A DNA stretch of 43,817 nucleotides from a virus (Duplodnaviria; Caudoviricetes): positions 1 to 43,817 of the IMG/VR virus record IMGVR_UViG_3300017721_001604. One strand, written 5' to 3'. Below the pieces are notes generated by a model. It saw only the letters and a list, made by a program, of their open reading frames with translations. It was not told the origin of the DNA and did no database searches. Shown here in pieces: positions 9,692 through 19,411 of the stretch (positions are counted from its first letter, which is position 1; each line of letters starts with the position of its first letter). A program made the position numbers and the translations under genes.

Positions 9692-12600
9692 TAGTTCTCC
9701 AATTTAGTTCCAAGATTTTGAGAATCTCTAGTTCTCAGATTTAAATCATCTTCTGCATTTAATAATACTGTAGTTTTATTTTCTAAGAAGTTAATTGTCA
9801 AAACTCTATCTATTCTTATTACAGAGCCAACAGGCGTAAGATCAGAGTCTTCCGTTGGGTTTACCTCAACACAAGTTACAACTCCGAATTCATCTTGAGT
9901 TTCTTCCAGAACCAATCCTTTATAAGAAAAAGCCTTTACTGTCTTCGCACATATTGTGGCGATTATCTTAACCTTGCCAACTCCTGACGTGGTTATTGAT
10001 CCGTAGTAAGAGTTGCCGTCTTTCTCAACGAAGTTAGATCCAAAACTTTTAATCTTTGCACCACCTGTTTCATCAGATATTATACTGATTAATATTTTCT
10101 CAGAAAGGTCGCCAGCTACCGGATCATCGTAACTATCTCTTGGTGTTATTTCGAAAACAACATCGGTTCTAGACAAGGCTTCTACGCTATCTCCTATTCC
10201 AGAAGCATATTCTTCCGCTCCAGTTATGTTTGAAGAGTCAAAATTTTCCAAACCTCCAGAGATCTCTGCCAGTATCTCTGGATCTATGTCAGAAGGGTCT
10301 AAGGCATCCTCCCTGGGTGTTTGATCAGTGTCTGAAATTAATTTAAAACCAGTATTCATTGGGTTTACAACATATTTGCAAATATCGCTAACAGATCCAT
10401 CTGTACATTCTAAAAGTTTTTTATAACAGTCAATTATTGTTTCATTGCTAAATGGCTCAAGATCAAAGTTTAAAGCATTAAAGCCATCTTCTAGTTCAAC
10501 TTTCTTATTATTTATACATTCTACAAATTCTTTTATACAATCTATTTGGTTATTTATTATATCTGATATATCATCACTGGAATTGTCATCAAGCTCCATG
10601 GTCCCAAAAAGATCGCCAATTCCATTAACCTGACAGGCCTCTACAATCTCATCGACAAACTGTCTGATGTCCACAAAGTATAAAGTTGGGAACTCTAAAG
10701 TTTTAATAGCTTCTGTGGAGCTTGCAAGGTCGTTTGCATCATCTTCGTTACCAGTTGCATAATTCTTTGCAAAACGGGTCGTCTGTTGGTTTGGCTGAGG
10801 ATAAGGTGCATCCGCAATTTCTTGTGTAGATAAAGAAAAGTCAGACAAAGACTTTTCTGAATTAGCAAAGGCAGCATCCCACTTTCCAAGTCCATCTAGA
10901 TATAAGTAGTTTGAATGCATTTTATAATGAATTCCTGGTTCTCCAGCCTTGGGGACTTGAGATTCGGTTTCTGAAAACTTATTTAATTTTGCAGAATTAC
11001 TATTAACCAGCAAGGCACTTATGCTTTTTATTTCACCTTTATCATTAAACTCTATTCCATTTTCTTCAATGAAATAAATATTAAAGTCATCATCCATTAT
11101 TGCGATAGATGGAACTGTATCATATGTAAGACTTAATTTGTCACCATCAAGAGTCTCAAACTCTAACCTTAGAGACTTGGCACTATGTTTTTTGTCACCA
11201 GAACCTTCTTGCGAAAAGTCTGTAAACGAATCATCCATACTGACAAAACTACCTTTTTCATCTTCTGCAGACAGAATTAGCCTGTTTTCATTATCTTTTT
11301 TTAATAATTTAATAGGAGAATCAAAAGTTTGATATTGCTTCATTATCTTTTTAAATATAATCCAATTGCCCAACCCAAATGATTCTGCTTTGTTTCCAAA
11401 CTCAAACACAACTTTTCTTGGATTAGAAGTAATCAGTGCTGATGGATCAAAAAGTTTGTTCTTTACTGTTTGAGTGTAAGAAACCGCGTAGGTTGCATGA
11501 AAGTCGCCGGAGCCATTTGATATTCGCATAAGCCCTTCCTCATCGGAAGTCACATCTATAACGTCTGAGAACTTCTCAGAAGAAGACTTTTGAGCTATCA
11601 CTGCTCCATAATTTTCTTTTACAGACTTTACGATACCAGATCCGAATCCGCATGCTGCAAATCCAAAGATATCAGCATTTGCATCAGAATCATCCTGAGA
11701 GTCAGAAGGTGTGTTGCCGCAGGCATCAGCATCCGACTCGTTCAAAGTCGTATATGTCTGACAAACAGGTATTAAATTTTCATGTTCAATTTGACCATTT
11801 GGAGCTACCTTTGAGCCGATCAAACCTGCTAAATTTGAAGCCTCTAGACACAGCACTCCTAGATCATCGCCTTCCGATACATTACATGGAAATCTGAAAA
11901 GAATAGACAGAAGCTCTATAAATATTGATAAAGTTTCAACTATTGGGTCCAACACCGCTAGATCTGTATCAAGTTGCAATATATATTTTTCTAAAGTAAT
12001 TTGTAGATTTTTAAGAGCAGATACATTTCTTTTTTCAAAAGCTACCTTCCCAGATGCGTATATTTCATTTATACCACTCGCAACAGATAGAATTTTATCA
12101 ACAATGCATGTCAGGAGTTCTATAAGATGAAGTGCGAGTTTTAGAAACATAACAGGTACAGCTATTTGTGGCAATAACAATAATAGATCATATAGACACT
12201 GAAAAAGTCTAATAAGCGCGAAAGGGAGCTTAAATGGGTTTGTCAAGGCGCAAAGAACATCTATGATGCAAAATATTACTTTTATGACAGTCAATACTTG
12301 CTTAAAAGATTTTAAATGTACATTAAGTTCAACAGATGCTTGAAGTGAAAAGTCACAAAACGACCTTATAGACTCATTGTATCCACCGCCGCAAATCTGT
12401 TCTTGAATAAATTTTAATTGATTCTTTTCACAAAACTCTTCAAAACCGTTTTTCCTCAGCTCGGTTACTTTGTTTTTACCTCTAATAAAAAATTCTTCAA
12501 AAATATCCTCATCGGTATCTGCTTGCGTCTTTGCAAACAAATCGCTAATGTTTTTTGAGGCATTCATATAATCAGAGTTATCTGTTGTTAGCTTTAACTC

Positions 12601-15600
12601 ATCACAATTTGAACCAATAGAGCCAACTCCGTTAAGCTGAGACTTTAAGACAAGCCCTGCCTGTGTTGGCTTAAGCTCCAAAACTCCATTTTTAACAGAG
12701 TTTAGCCTTACACCGTTTAGCTCAATCTTTGGATCTGAACTTTCGAGGTCGTTAAATAAAAAGTTATATTTTGTATCTGGTTTTAGAACCAAGCCAGATA
12801 AATTTTCTTTGGGTATGAGTTTTTTATCTTTATCTATAACGCCTAATAAGTGAGGAACTTTGAATTTTGCATTGCTAACACCATCAAATTCTATGTTTAC
12901 AAATATTTTAAACTTACTTGAATTACCTAGTGTAAAGATATCATAGTTTCTTCTTGTTATAATGGCTCCATTTGGAAGCCCAATCCCATCCTTTATTGCT
13001 ACGCATGTGTTGTCAAAGTCAACTCTAGACAATAGCATTTTGGATCTGGCAATGCCTGTCTGTAGTAGTTCGGAAATAGAAGACAAAGAGTCGAAGCCAG
13101 AAATTTTTTGTTCTGTATCAGTTAAAAACTTCAAAAACTTAGAGGCCATAGCTCCAGCCCCTTCTGTTGCTCCATCTAAACTAGACTCTAGAGCCTTTGC
13201 ATTTGCTGCAATTTCATCTATAATTGCATCATCAGACGCTGCGTGTTCTTTTAGTTCTTCAGGAACATTTTCAGAACCCAACTCTTTTATTATCTCATCC
13301 AGATTTTCATTTAGATCTGAAACAAAATTATCGTTTAAAATGACACTTTGGTCTGATTTTATAATTAAATTTACAGCATCATTTCCAAATGATGAAAGTA
13401 CGTTTCTTGAGTTTATATCCTTAGAATTATTTTCATCACTAGATATAAGAGGATATAGCATATATTCAGTTGATATGTCGGGTATTATTTTAACTTTTGT
13501 TGAAAACAAAGCTATTTTGTCATCACTTATTTCTTCTCTTAGTGGAAAGTTATCATCAATCAAAGAAACTTTTCCGCCTTTTTGATAATATAAAGCTTTA
13601 GAGACTAAAAGGTCAGAGTTATCTTGAAGTGTTATATTTTTTACATCTGCCTCTATTGTATATGACTTAATTAATTTTGAAGTATATTGGGCTTTATATC
13701 TTTTATCTTTTCTTAAAATTTTTATATCTTTAGGCCCAAACTCAGAAAGATTTATGTCTCTCAGAACAATAACGCCTTTGTTTGACTTATTATCAAATAT
13801 TAATTTTTTATAAACAACCCTGCCCTTACCCATTGTTATCGGGCCAAACTGGAAGCCTGTAGCTTTTTCATCACCAACATATATGTCGTACGAACCCAAA
13901 TCTTTCTCAAAAGAACACGCTTCAAATATAACGACCAAATATTTTGTTTTTTTGGACAAATAAACGGTTGATCCTATGCCATTAAATATTGGTAAAAATT
14001 CTTTTAAATCTGAAAGTCCAATCGGAGTATCCGACTCTATTTTCTGATAAAATGACTGTAAAAAATTATTTAAAAATGTATTTGTTCTTAAAGAAGGGAC
14101 GAGGCCACCTGCATTTTGATCTCTTATATACCCAATATGCTTTACTCTTGGAGGTAATATAAATGGCCTTATGCTTTTCCGGCTATTTGAAGAATCTGTA
14201 TCTCCTATTGGAAGAAGAGAGTAGCTGATACCTTTGTCAACGACATCAGCCTGTACATTTATAGTATCTCTGTTTAGAGAAATATTGTCTATTTCTTCAT
14301 TGAAAAATATAAAACCCGCATGAGAAAGTTCGCTAAGTCTATCTATGTTGTATGACTTATATAAATCTCCAGGGAACTGTAAAGATGCCTTCTTCTCATT
14401 TATTATTTTGAAATTTCCATTCACAACATTAAATTCAATATTTGGAACTATAAATGCAGATTTTGCATTTATATATTTGGCTTTTTTTTCTGATCTAGAG
14501 TCATCGAAGTTTATTTTTATTACTTTTTCTAAAAAACAAAAATCTGAGACTATATCTAAGACTTCTGCTTCCGACTGTGTACCAAAGTCTATTGGTATAT
14601 AAAGATATCCGTTAAACTTTGGCTGTCTTCCAAAAAGCCTTTTTCTTGATTTCAGCCTAATATCTGCGGGCAAGAATGTAAATTCTTTTATAATTGGTAT
14701 ATCATATAAAAACTTTTTATCAGAACATCCTCTTGGCGAGATATCATCTGGTTCGAAAAATGATTCAGATTCTAAAACTTGAGATGGATCATCTTGATTG
14801 ACCTTTACGAAAAAGGGCTTCCTTTCTAGAAGAGTACCCTCTGAATTAAAAAGCTCAAGTTTAAACCTACCTCTATCTGTCAGGCCAAAAGCGTTTGCCA
14901 GTGTAGTATCAAGCCCATTAGCTGCAACTGACCTAAGAACAAGTTTGTTTTTTCCTTTTAACTCAAGTGCGTTAAATAGGCCGCCTCTAGTTGTGTTGTT
15001 GTAATCTCTAAAAGAATTCTCTACAGGTATCGAGTCAATGCCAAAGCCAATTCTTTCTAAGGTTAACCTAGCGTTTGACACTCCCGCTGCACCATCAACG
15101 TTTAATAAAATGTTTAAATTATCACTTATCAAAAGAGATTCTAAAGATTTTCCTGATGATGATATACTTTTTAAACTTGGTCTTTCTGATCTAAATGATA
15201 CATGGCCGCTTCTTTCTTCAAAAACTTTTGTAAACTGACCGTATTTGTCAACGACAAAAACATTGAACTTTACTTCTTCTCCAGAGTTTATTATAAATTG
15301 TTTTTTTAATTCCTCTTCTTTTAGCTTTAAATAAAACAAAAAGTTATCTTCATCTTCAGTTTGATTCTCTGTATCATCAATCTTTAAATCTTTAAATGTT
15401 TCTGAATAAAACATTATAGATTTTATATTTTCAGTATCTACAATTTTTGACTCATAAGAAGCTAAAACTTCATCTTGAGTAACTGAAGATAAATCTTTGA
15501 ATGTTTTTATATTATTTTTATAAGATTCTTCTTTTTTAGATATAAACTCAAAGAAGCCAGTTTCACCTGAAAGATCAAGGTATTGGTCATATCTACTTTG

Positions 15601-17133
15601 ACCGGAGATAACTCCTTTGTCTCCAAATGTCTTTTCTGGAAAAGCTTGAGGTATAAATCCATATCTTTTAATTAATTCTTTTGGGCCATCAGGAGGAAGT
15701 GAAAATTCACTTAAAAAATCTTTTTCATTTTCGAATTCATCTATTACATTGTTCTCTTTTAATATTTTATAATAGTTCCTTCTAATCTTTTCTTCTTGAG
15801 CTGCTAAATTAAATGTTTTTGGGATATCCTGAAAAGAACTTGATGCTGGGAAATGAGAAAACTCCATCAGATTTTCTATATTTTTTAAGTTACCCTTTAG
15901 TGATCCTGGAGTTTTCTTAGAAGATAAAAGTGACATTACAATTTTGTAATCTTTAGCGCCACTCTGAGAAACGCCGTAAACAGAGTCGTTTCCTCCGATC
16001 AAGCCCTCATATTCAAATGTCATCATATAAGACTTGCCACCATCTGCTTCTAGATCTAAATTATAATCTCTAAGAACAGGAACTGGCGGAGGCATATATT
16101 TTAGGGGATATTTTGTATATGACAAAAATGAAAATGTTGTTTCTAATGATATATAAACAGATTTTTTTCTTTTAATTGATTTGTCTGGGTTTACTATATC
16201 TCCAGAGCAAATTCCTAGTCCATATATATTTTCATTCTTCTCTATTGTATTGCCCGACATATCAGGAAATCTTAAAAATACATTTTTACCTATTATTGTA
16301 TAATAAGCTGCAGCCTGAAGGTTACTTGAGTCTGATTTTAAAATATCTGAATCTATAGAGTGTATTGGAAAGATATAAGATATACACCGTGATATTATAA
16401 TCTCATCAGGTTCTTCTATTTTTTCTTTTCTTAATATTGCTTCAAACTGATCGTAGTAATCTTCTACCTTTGAACCGTCTTGATTTCTAAGACTAAAAAG
16501 ACCAGAGTCTCCTAATATCTTACCAAGGGTTACTTTATCCTTTACTTTCTCCAGCGCAATTAATATTGCCTCTGGGCTTATAAATTTAAAAACAAATTTA
16601 GAAAAAGTTCCTGAAAATCTTTTATTGGGGTTTCCTTTAACAAGATCTGTAAAATCCTTAAAGCTTGAAGCCTTAACTGTTGTTTCTTTTGTTGCAAGTT
16701 CATCGAAATTAAATGTTGTAAAGCCAACAGAAAATCTTGGCATTTTGGGCGGATTTCTTATTTCTATCTGATTTGTCAGTGCATCATTTATTTTAACTTT
16801 ATAATTTAACAAAAAATCTGCATAGCTATTTTCTTCGTTTGTAAACTCTGAAAGAGCAGACAAGAAAATATTCTTTTGATAGTTGTTTATCTCACTATAA
16901 ACAATTGATGAGTCCTCTCCTAAGCTTGAGTTATAGTCTTCTGACATCTCAGCTTTAAGAACAGTTCCTCCGTTTAAAAGAATTACATTATCTTTTTTTG
17001 CTTGAGGCGGATATATAACCTCTGTTTTGCTAAAGGTAAATGCCCCCTCATCTTTTTCACAGTTTAGTCTTTGAGAAAGATCTACTTCCTCTTGCTTTGG
17101 TTTTCCTAATAATGTGTGAACTGCAGATGACAT
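9691..17133 (-). CDS. Giant hypothetical baseplate-associated protein, 2480 aa, with Cys-rich hydrophobic helical block and C-terminal Ig/filamin-like domain
   Basis: 7.4-kb open frame between the spike and wedge genes. Hydrophobic block at ~11880-12360. VVFEITPRDSYDDPVAG..GNSYYGSITTSGVGKVKIIATI (~9950-10170) resembles a filamin/Big-1 Ig fold. Confidence 0.65.
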   Translation of the reverse strand: MSSAVHTLLGKPKQEEVDLSQRLNCEKDEGAFTFSKTEVIYPPQAKKDNVILLNGGTVLKAEMSEDYNSSLGEDSSIVYSEINNYQKNIFLSALSEFTNEENSYADFLLNYKVKINDALTNQIEIRNPPKMPRFSVGFTTFNFDELATKETTVKASSFKDFTDLVKGNPNKRFSGTFSKFVFKFISPEAILIALEKVKDKVTLGKILGDSGLFSLRNQDGSKVEDYYDQFEAILRKEKIEEPDEIIISRCISYIFPIHSIDSDILKSDSSNLQAAAYYTIIGKNVFLRFPDMSGNTIEKNENIYGLGICSGDIVNPDKSIKRKKSVYISLETTFSFLSYTKYPLKYMPPPVPVLRDYNLDLEADGGKSYMMTFEYEGLIGGNDSVYGVSQSGAKDYKIVMSLLSSKKTPGSLKGNLKNIENLMEFSHFPASSSFQDIPKTFNLAAQEEKIRRNYYKILKENNVIDEFENEKDFLSEFSLPPDGPKELIKRYGFIPQAFPEKTFGDKGVISGQSRYDQYLDLSGETGFFEFISKKEESYKNNIKTFKDLSSVTQDEVLASYESKIVDTENIKSIMFYSETFKDLKIDDTENQTEDEDNFLFYLKLKEEELKKQFIINSGEEVKFNVFVVDKYGQFTKVFEERSGHVSFRSERPSLKSISSSGKSLESLLISDNLNILLNVDGAAGVSNARLTLERIGFGIDSIPVENSFRDYNNTTRGGLFNALELKGKNKLVLRSVAANGLDTTLANAFGLTDRGRFKLELFNSEGTLLERKPFFVKVNQDDPSQVLESESFFEPDDISPRGCSDKKFLYDIPIIKEFTFLPADIRLKSRKRLFGRQPKFNGYLYIPIDFGTQSEAEVLDIVSDFCFLEKVIKINFDDSRSEKKAKYINAKSAFIVPNIEFNVVNGNFKIINEKKASLQFPGDLYKSYNIDRLSELSHAGFIFFNEEIDNISLNRDTINVQADVVDKGISYSLLPIGDTDSSNSRKSIRPFILPPRVKHIGYIRDQNAGGLVPSLRTNTFLNNFLQSFYQKIESDTPIGLSDLKEFLPIFNGIGSTVYLSKKTKYLVVIFEACSFEKDLGSYDIYVGDEKATGFQFGPITMGKGRVVYKKLIFDNKSNKGVIVLRDINLSEFGPKDIKILRKDKRYKAQYTSKLIKSYTIEADVKNITLQDNSDLLVSKALYYQKGGKVSLIDDNFPLREEISDDKIALFSTKVKIIPDISTEYMLYPLISSDENNSKDINSRNVLSSFGNDAVNLIIKSDQSVILNDNFVSDLNENLDEIIKELGSENVPEELKEHAASDDAIIDEIAANAKALESSLDGATEGAGAMASKFLKFLTDTEQKISGFDSLSSISELLQTGIARSKMLLSRVDFDNTCVAIKDGIGLPNGAIITRRNYDIFTLGNSSKFKIFVNIEFDGVSNAKFKVPHLLGVIDKDKKLIPKENLSGLVLKPDTKYNFLFNDLESSDPKIELNGVRLNSVKNGVLELKPTQAGLVLKSQLNGVGSIGSNCDELKLTTDNSDYMNASKNISDLFAKTQADTDEDIFEEFFIRGKNKVTELRKNGFEEFCEKNQLKFIQEQICGGGYNESIRSFCDFSLQASVELNVHLKSFKQVLTVIKVIFCIIDVLCALTNPFKLPFALIRLFQCLYDLLLLLPQIAVPVMFLKLALHLIELLTCIVDKILSVASGINEIYASGKVAFEKRNVSALKNLQITLEKYILQLDTDLAVLDPIVETLSIFIELLSILFRFPCNVSEGDDLGVLCLEASNLAGLIGSKVAPNGQIEHENLIPVCQTYTTLNESDADACGNTPSDSQDDSDANADIFGFAACGFGSGIVKSVKENYGAVIAQKSSSEKFSDVIDVTSDEEGLMRISNGSGDFHATYAVSYTQTVKNKLFDPSALITSNPRKVVFEFGNKAESFGLGNWIIFKKIMKQYQTFDSPIKLLKKDNENRLILSAEDEKGSFVSMDDSFTDFSQEGSGDKKHSAKSLRLEFETLDGDKLSLTYDTVPSIAIMDDDFNIYFIEENGIEFNDKGEIKSISALLVNSNSAKLNKFSETESQVPKAGEPGIHYKMHSNYLYLDGLGKWDAAFANSEKSLSDFSLSTQEIADAPYPQPNQQTTRFAKNYATGNEDDANDLASSTEAIKTLEFPTLYFVDIRQFVDEIVEACQVNGIGDLFGTMELDDNSSDDISDIINNQIDCIKEFVECINNKKVELEDGFNALNFDLEPFSNETIIDCYKKLLECTDGSVSDICKYVVNPMNTGFKLISDTDQTPREDALDPSDIDPEILAEISGGLENFDSSNITGAEEYASGIGDSVEALSRTDVVFEITPRDSYDDPVAGDLSEKILISIISDETGGAKIKSFGSNFVEKDGNSYYGSITTSGVGKVKIIATICAKTVKAFSYKGLVLEETQDEFGVVTCVEVNPTEDSDLTPVGSVIRIDRVLTINFLENKTTVLLNAEDDLNLRTRDSQNLGTKLEN

Positions 17134-17145
17134 ATTTATTCCTTA

Positions 17146-19410
17146 TTAATTTTTTGAATATTTTGAAGATCCGACATCTTTATATGGCTCGTTACCAGCT
17201 TTGTATTGAACTCCAGAAGCTGAAGACAGATGTACTGCCCCATCTGAGGACTCTATAAATATATCTGATTTATTTCTTAAAATAAGAGGCTTATCTATAC
17301 CTCCAGATATAACTAGACCATTCTCACTAATTGATATTATATAGTCTGTATCACTAGTTTCTTCTTGAGAATTTGAAGTTCCTCTTTTAACAACATTTAC
17401 TCTTATATCTAACCTTCCCTTTAAGCCTTTGCTCATATTTCCTACGGATAACGCTACAGAGCCATCTGTTTGAACAGACGCGCTTCTCGCCTCACCTGCG
17501 CCCCCTACTTCAGAGTCACTGCCTAGCCACGCTACAACGCTGCCTTCTGTATCTAATAGAAGGCTTTTTTTATCTGCTTCGTCTCGACCAACAGAACACT
17601 CAATAGATCCTTCAAAATTAAGAGAGGCTGATTTTCCTCCGGTTCTTATTGTATTATCTTTGAATTTATTTTCAAAAGTTTTCTTATCTACTTTTTCAAC
17701 AATAAAATTATTTGTAAGAGGCCCATCGGCATAAGAACTTTCTGCCTTGCCACAATATGAATTATTTGTGTCTCCGAAGTCAAATGGCCTCCCCGGTGTT
17801 ATGGCGGGGTTTTCTTGAGATACACCGACCCTTATGTTTCTTGATTTGTTTTCAAGTTTATACAGGTCTACATCAGATGAGTTTGGAAACTCAAAAGTAT
17901 CATTTGGATTTTTAATCTTGTCTGACAAAGTTGTTGGCACGTAAATGTTTTTTATATAATTACCATAAATCATTTCGCATGTTGCTGGCATATTGTGATA
18001 CTTTGTGGGATGAACTCTTTCTGACTTTTGATCATTAGATTCCTCATTAAACGCACTTATATCTTCGTGAAGAATTCCGGTAAATCTTTTTCCATCCGTA
18101 CCAGACAATGTTTCATCTTTTGGTGATGCGAACAGAGTACCATCTTCAGAGCTGTAATAATTTACAATAGGTATATCTTCTTTTAATTCATAATTTATAT
18201 TTTTCTCAAAGACTCTTCCATTTCTACCATCTTGAAATCTAACTTTATCTCTCTTTATTACTGAATCTGTATTTTTATTTTTTGGGACATTTAAATTTAA
18301 AAACCCTGACTTGTCCAAGGTTAAGACAAAGTTATCGATATTATTTGAATAAACATCTGACTCATTATTTCCGTCAAGCTGAAAGGATAGTCCCAAAGCC
18401 CTACTCTCAATCCTTGCAGTAGTGGTGTATTCTATGTCCTTATTGTCTTTTGGAACTTTTCCAAACTTCAATGCATTAAAATTTGTGTCCAAAGGCCTGC
18501 CCTCGCTGTCAACTACGTTGCCTGCAATAACTTCTATAAGCTGACTTGGGTTCAAACTAAGTACGCTATTCATATCTTCTGAAAGTGATTTGTACGAATC
18601 ATCAAAATCCGAAAGAGGTTCTTTTGATGTTTTCCCATCTTCTTTTATTGTTTGTGAAAATCCTAAAAATTCTTTATCATACTGTCTTATCTCGGCTCTA
18701 AATTCTGTTCTTGCGAAATTTTTCAAATTTCCATTTATAGGAACCTTTCTAACTTTAGATTCTGTAAAGATTCCCCTATCTCTATTTTTCAAATGAGACG
18801 GGTTGTTACCTTCTGGTGTTTGTTTGCTAACTACAGAAGGGCCAAAATCACCCTTTTTCTTTCTTTTGACTGTACCAGACAATATACTTGCCCCGTCTGT
18901 ATAGGTCATTGATGTATTATATGATGAAAAAAAGTCTGTATACAGTCTGTTGACCAACATCCTCATACCACGATTAAAGTTGGCGACGAGTTCTACTCCA
19001 TCTGGATTTAAAGACATTTTGTGACCAGTGTCGTTTTGGATTAAAAACTGACCTTCCTCAATATTTGGGTAAGGAAAGGAGTCATAAGGAGCATCATTGG
19101 CAGGATCAGAAGATCTATTTTCTGCAGACCCAACAGATGGCAAATAACAAATTGCCCAAAACTGCTCAGAAGAGCCGGGAACCCTTCCGCACAAAACTCT
19201 TGTGCCGACCTTTGGAATATAAAAAACTCCAGATCCTCCTAATCCATTATTATATGGAGCTGTTATGTCCTCGTAACTACTCTCATTAGAAATGTCGCTC
19301 CTAACTTTTAAAGTAGGAGGATTGGTTCCTCTGTTTATGTCTTCTATAATGTATATCTCTAATTTTAGAGACATTAGTCCATTAATAATATCTTGCGGTC
19401 TTATAGCCAT
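17146..19410 (-). CDS. Central spike protein (gp5/gpV/VgrG-like), 754 aa
   Basis: N-terminal OB-fold-like GSGVFYIPKVGTRVLCGRVPG. C-terminal short beta-strand repeats (SLNFEGSIECSVG, LLLDTEGSVVAWLG, SVQTDGSVALSVG, LILRNKSDIFIESSDGAVHLSS). Follows the hub gene. Confidence 0.75.
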   Translation of the reverse strand: MAIRPQDIINGLMSLKLEIYIIEDINRGTNPPTLKVRSDISNESSYEDITAPYNNGLGGSGVFYIPKVGTRVLCGRVPGSSEQFWAICYLPSVGSAENRSSDPANDAPYDSFPYPNIEEGQFLIQNDTGHKMSLNPDGVELVANFNRGMRMLVNRLYTDFFSSYNTSMTYTDGASILSGTVKRKKKGDFGPSVVSKQTPEGNNPSHLKNRDRGIFTESKVRKVPINGNLKNFARTEFRAEIRQYDKEFLGFSQTIKEDGKTSKEPLSDFDDSYKSLSEDMNSVLSLNPSQLIEVIAGNVVDSEGRPLDTNFNALKFGKVPKDNKDIEYTTTARIESRALGLSFQLDGNNESDVYSNNIDNFVLTLDKSGFLNLNVPKNKNTDSVIKRDKVRFQDGRNGRVFEKNINYELKEDIPIVNYYSSEDGTLFASPKDETLSGTDGKRFTGILHEDISAFNEESNDQKSERVHPTKYHNMPATCEMIYGNYIKNIYVPTTLSDKIKNPNDTFEFPNSSDVDLYKLENKSRNIRVGVSQENPAITPGRPFDFGDTNNSYCGKAESSYADGPLTNNFIVEKVDKKTFENKFKDNTIRTGGKSASLNFEGSIECSVGRDEADKKSLLLDTEGSVVAWLGSDSEVGGAGEARSASVQTDGSVALSVGNMSKGLKGRLDIRVNVVKRGTSNSQEETSDTDYIISISENGLVISGGIDKPLILRNKSDIFIESSDGAVHLSSASGVQYKAGNEPYKDVGSSKYSKN

Positions 19411-19411
19411 T

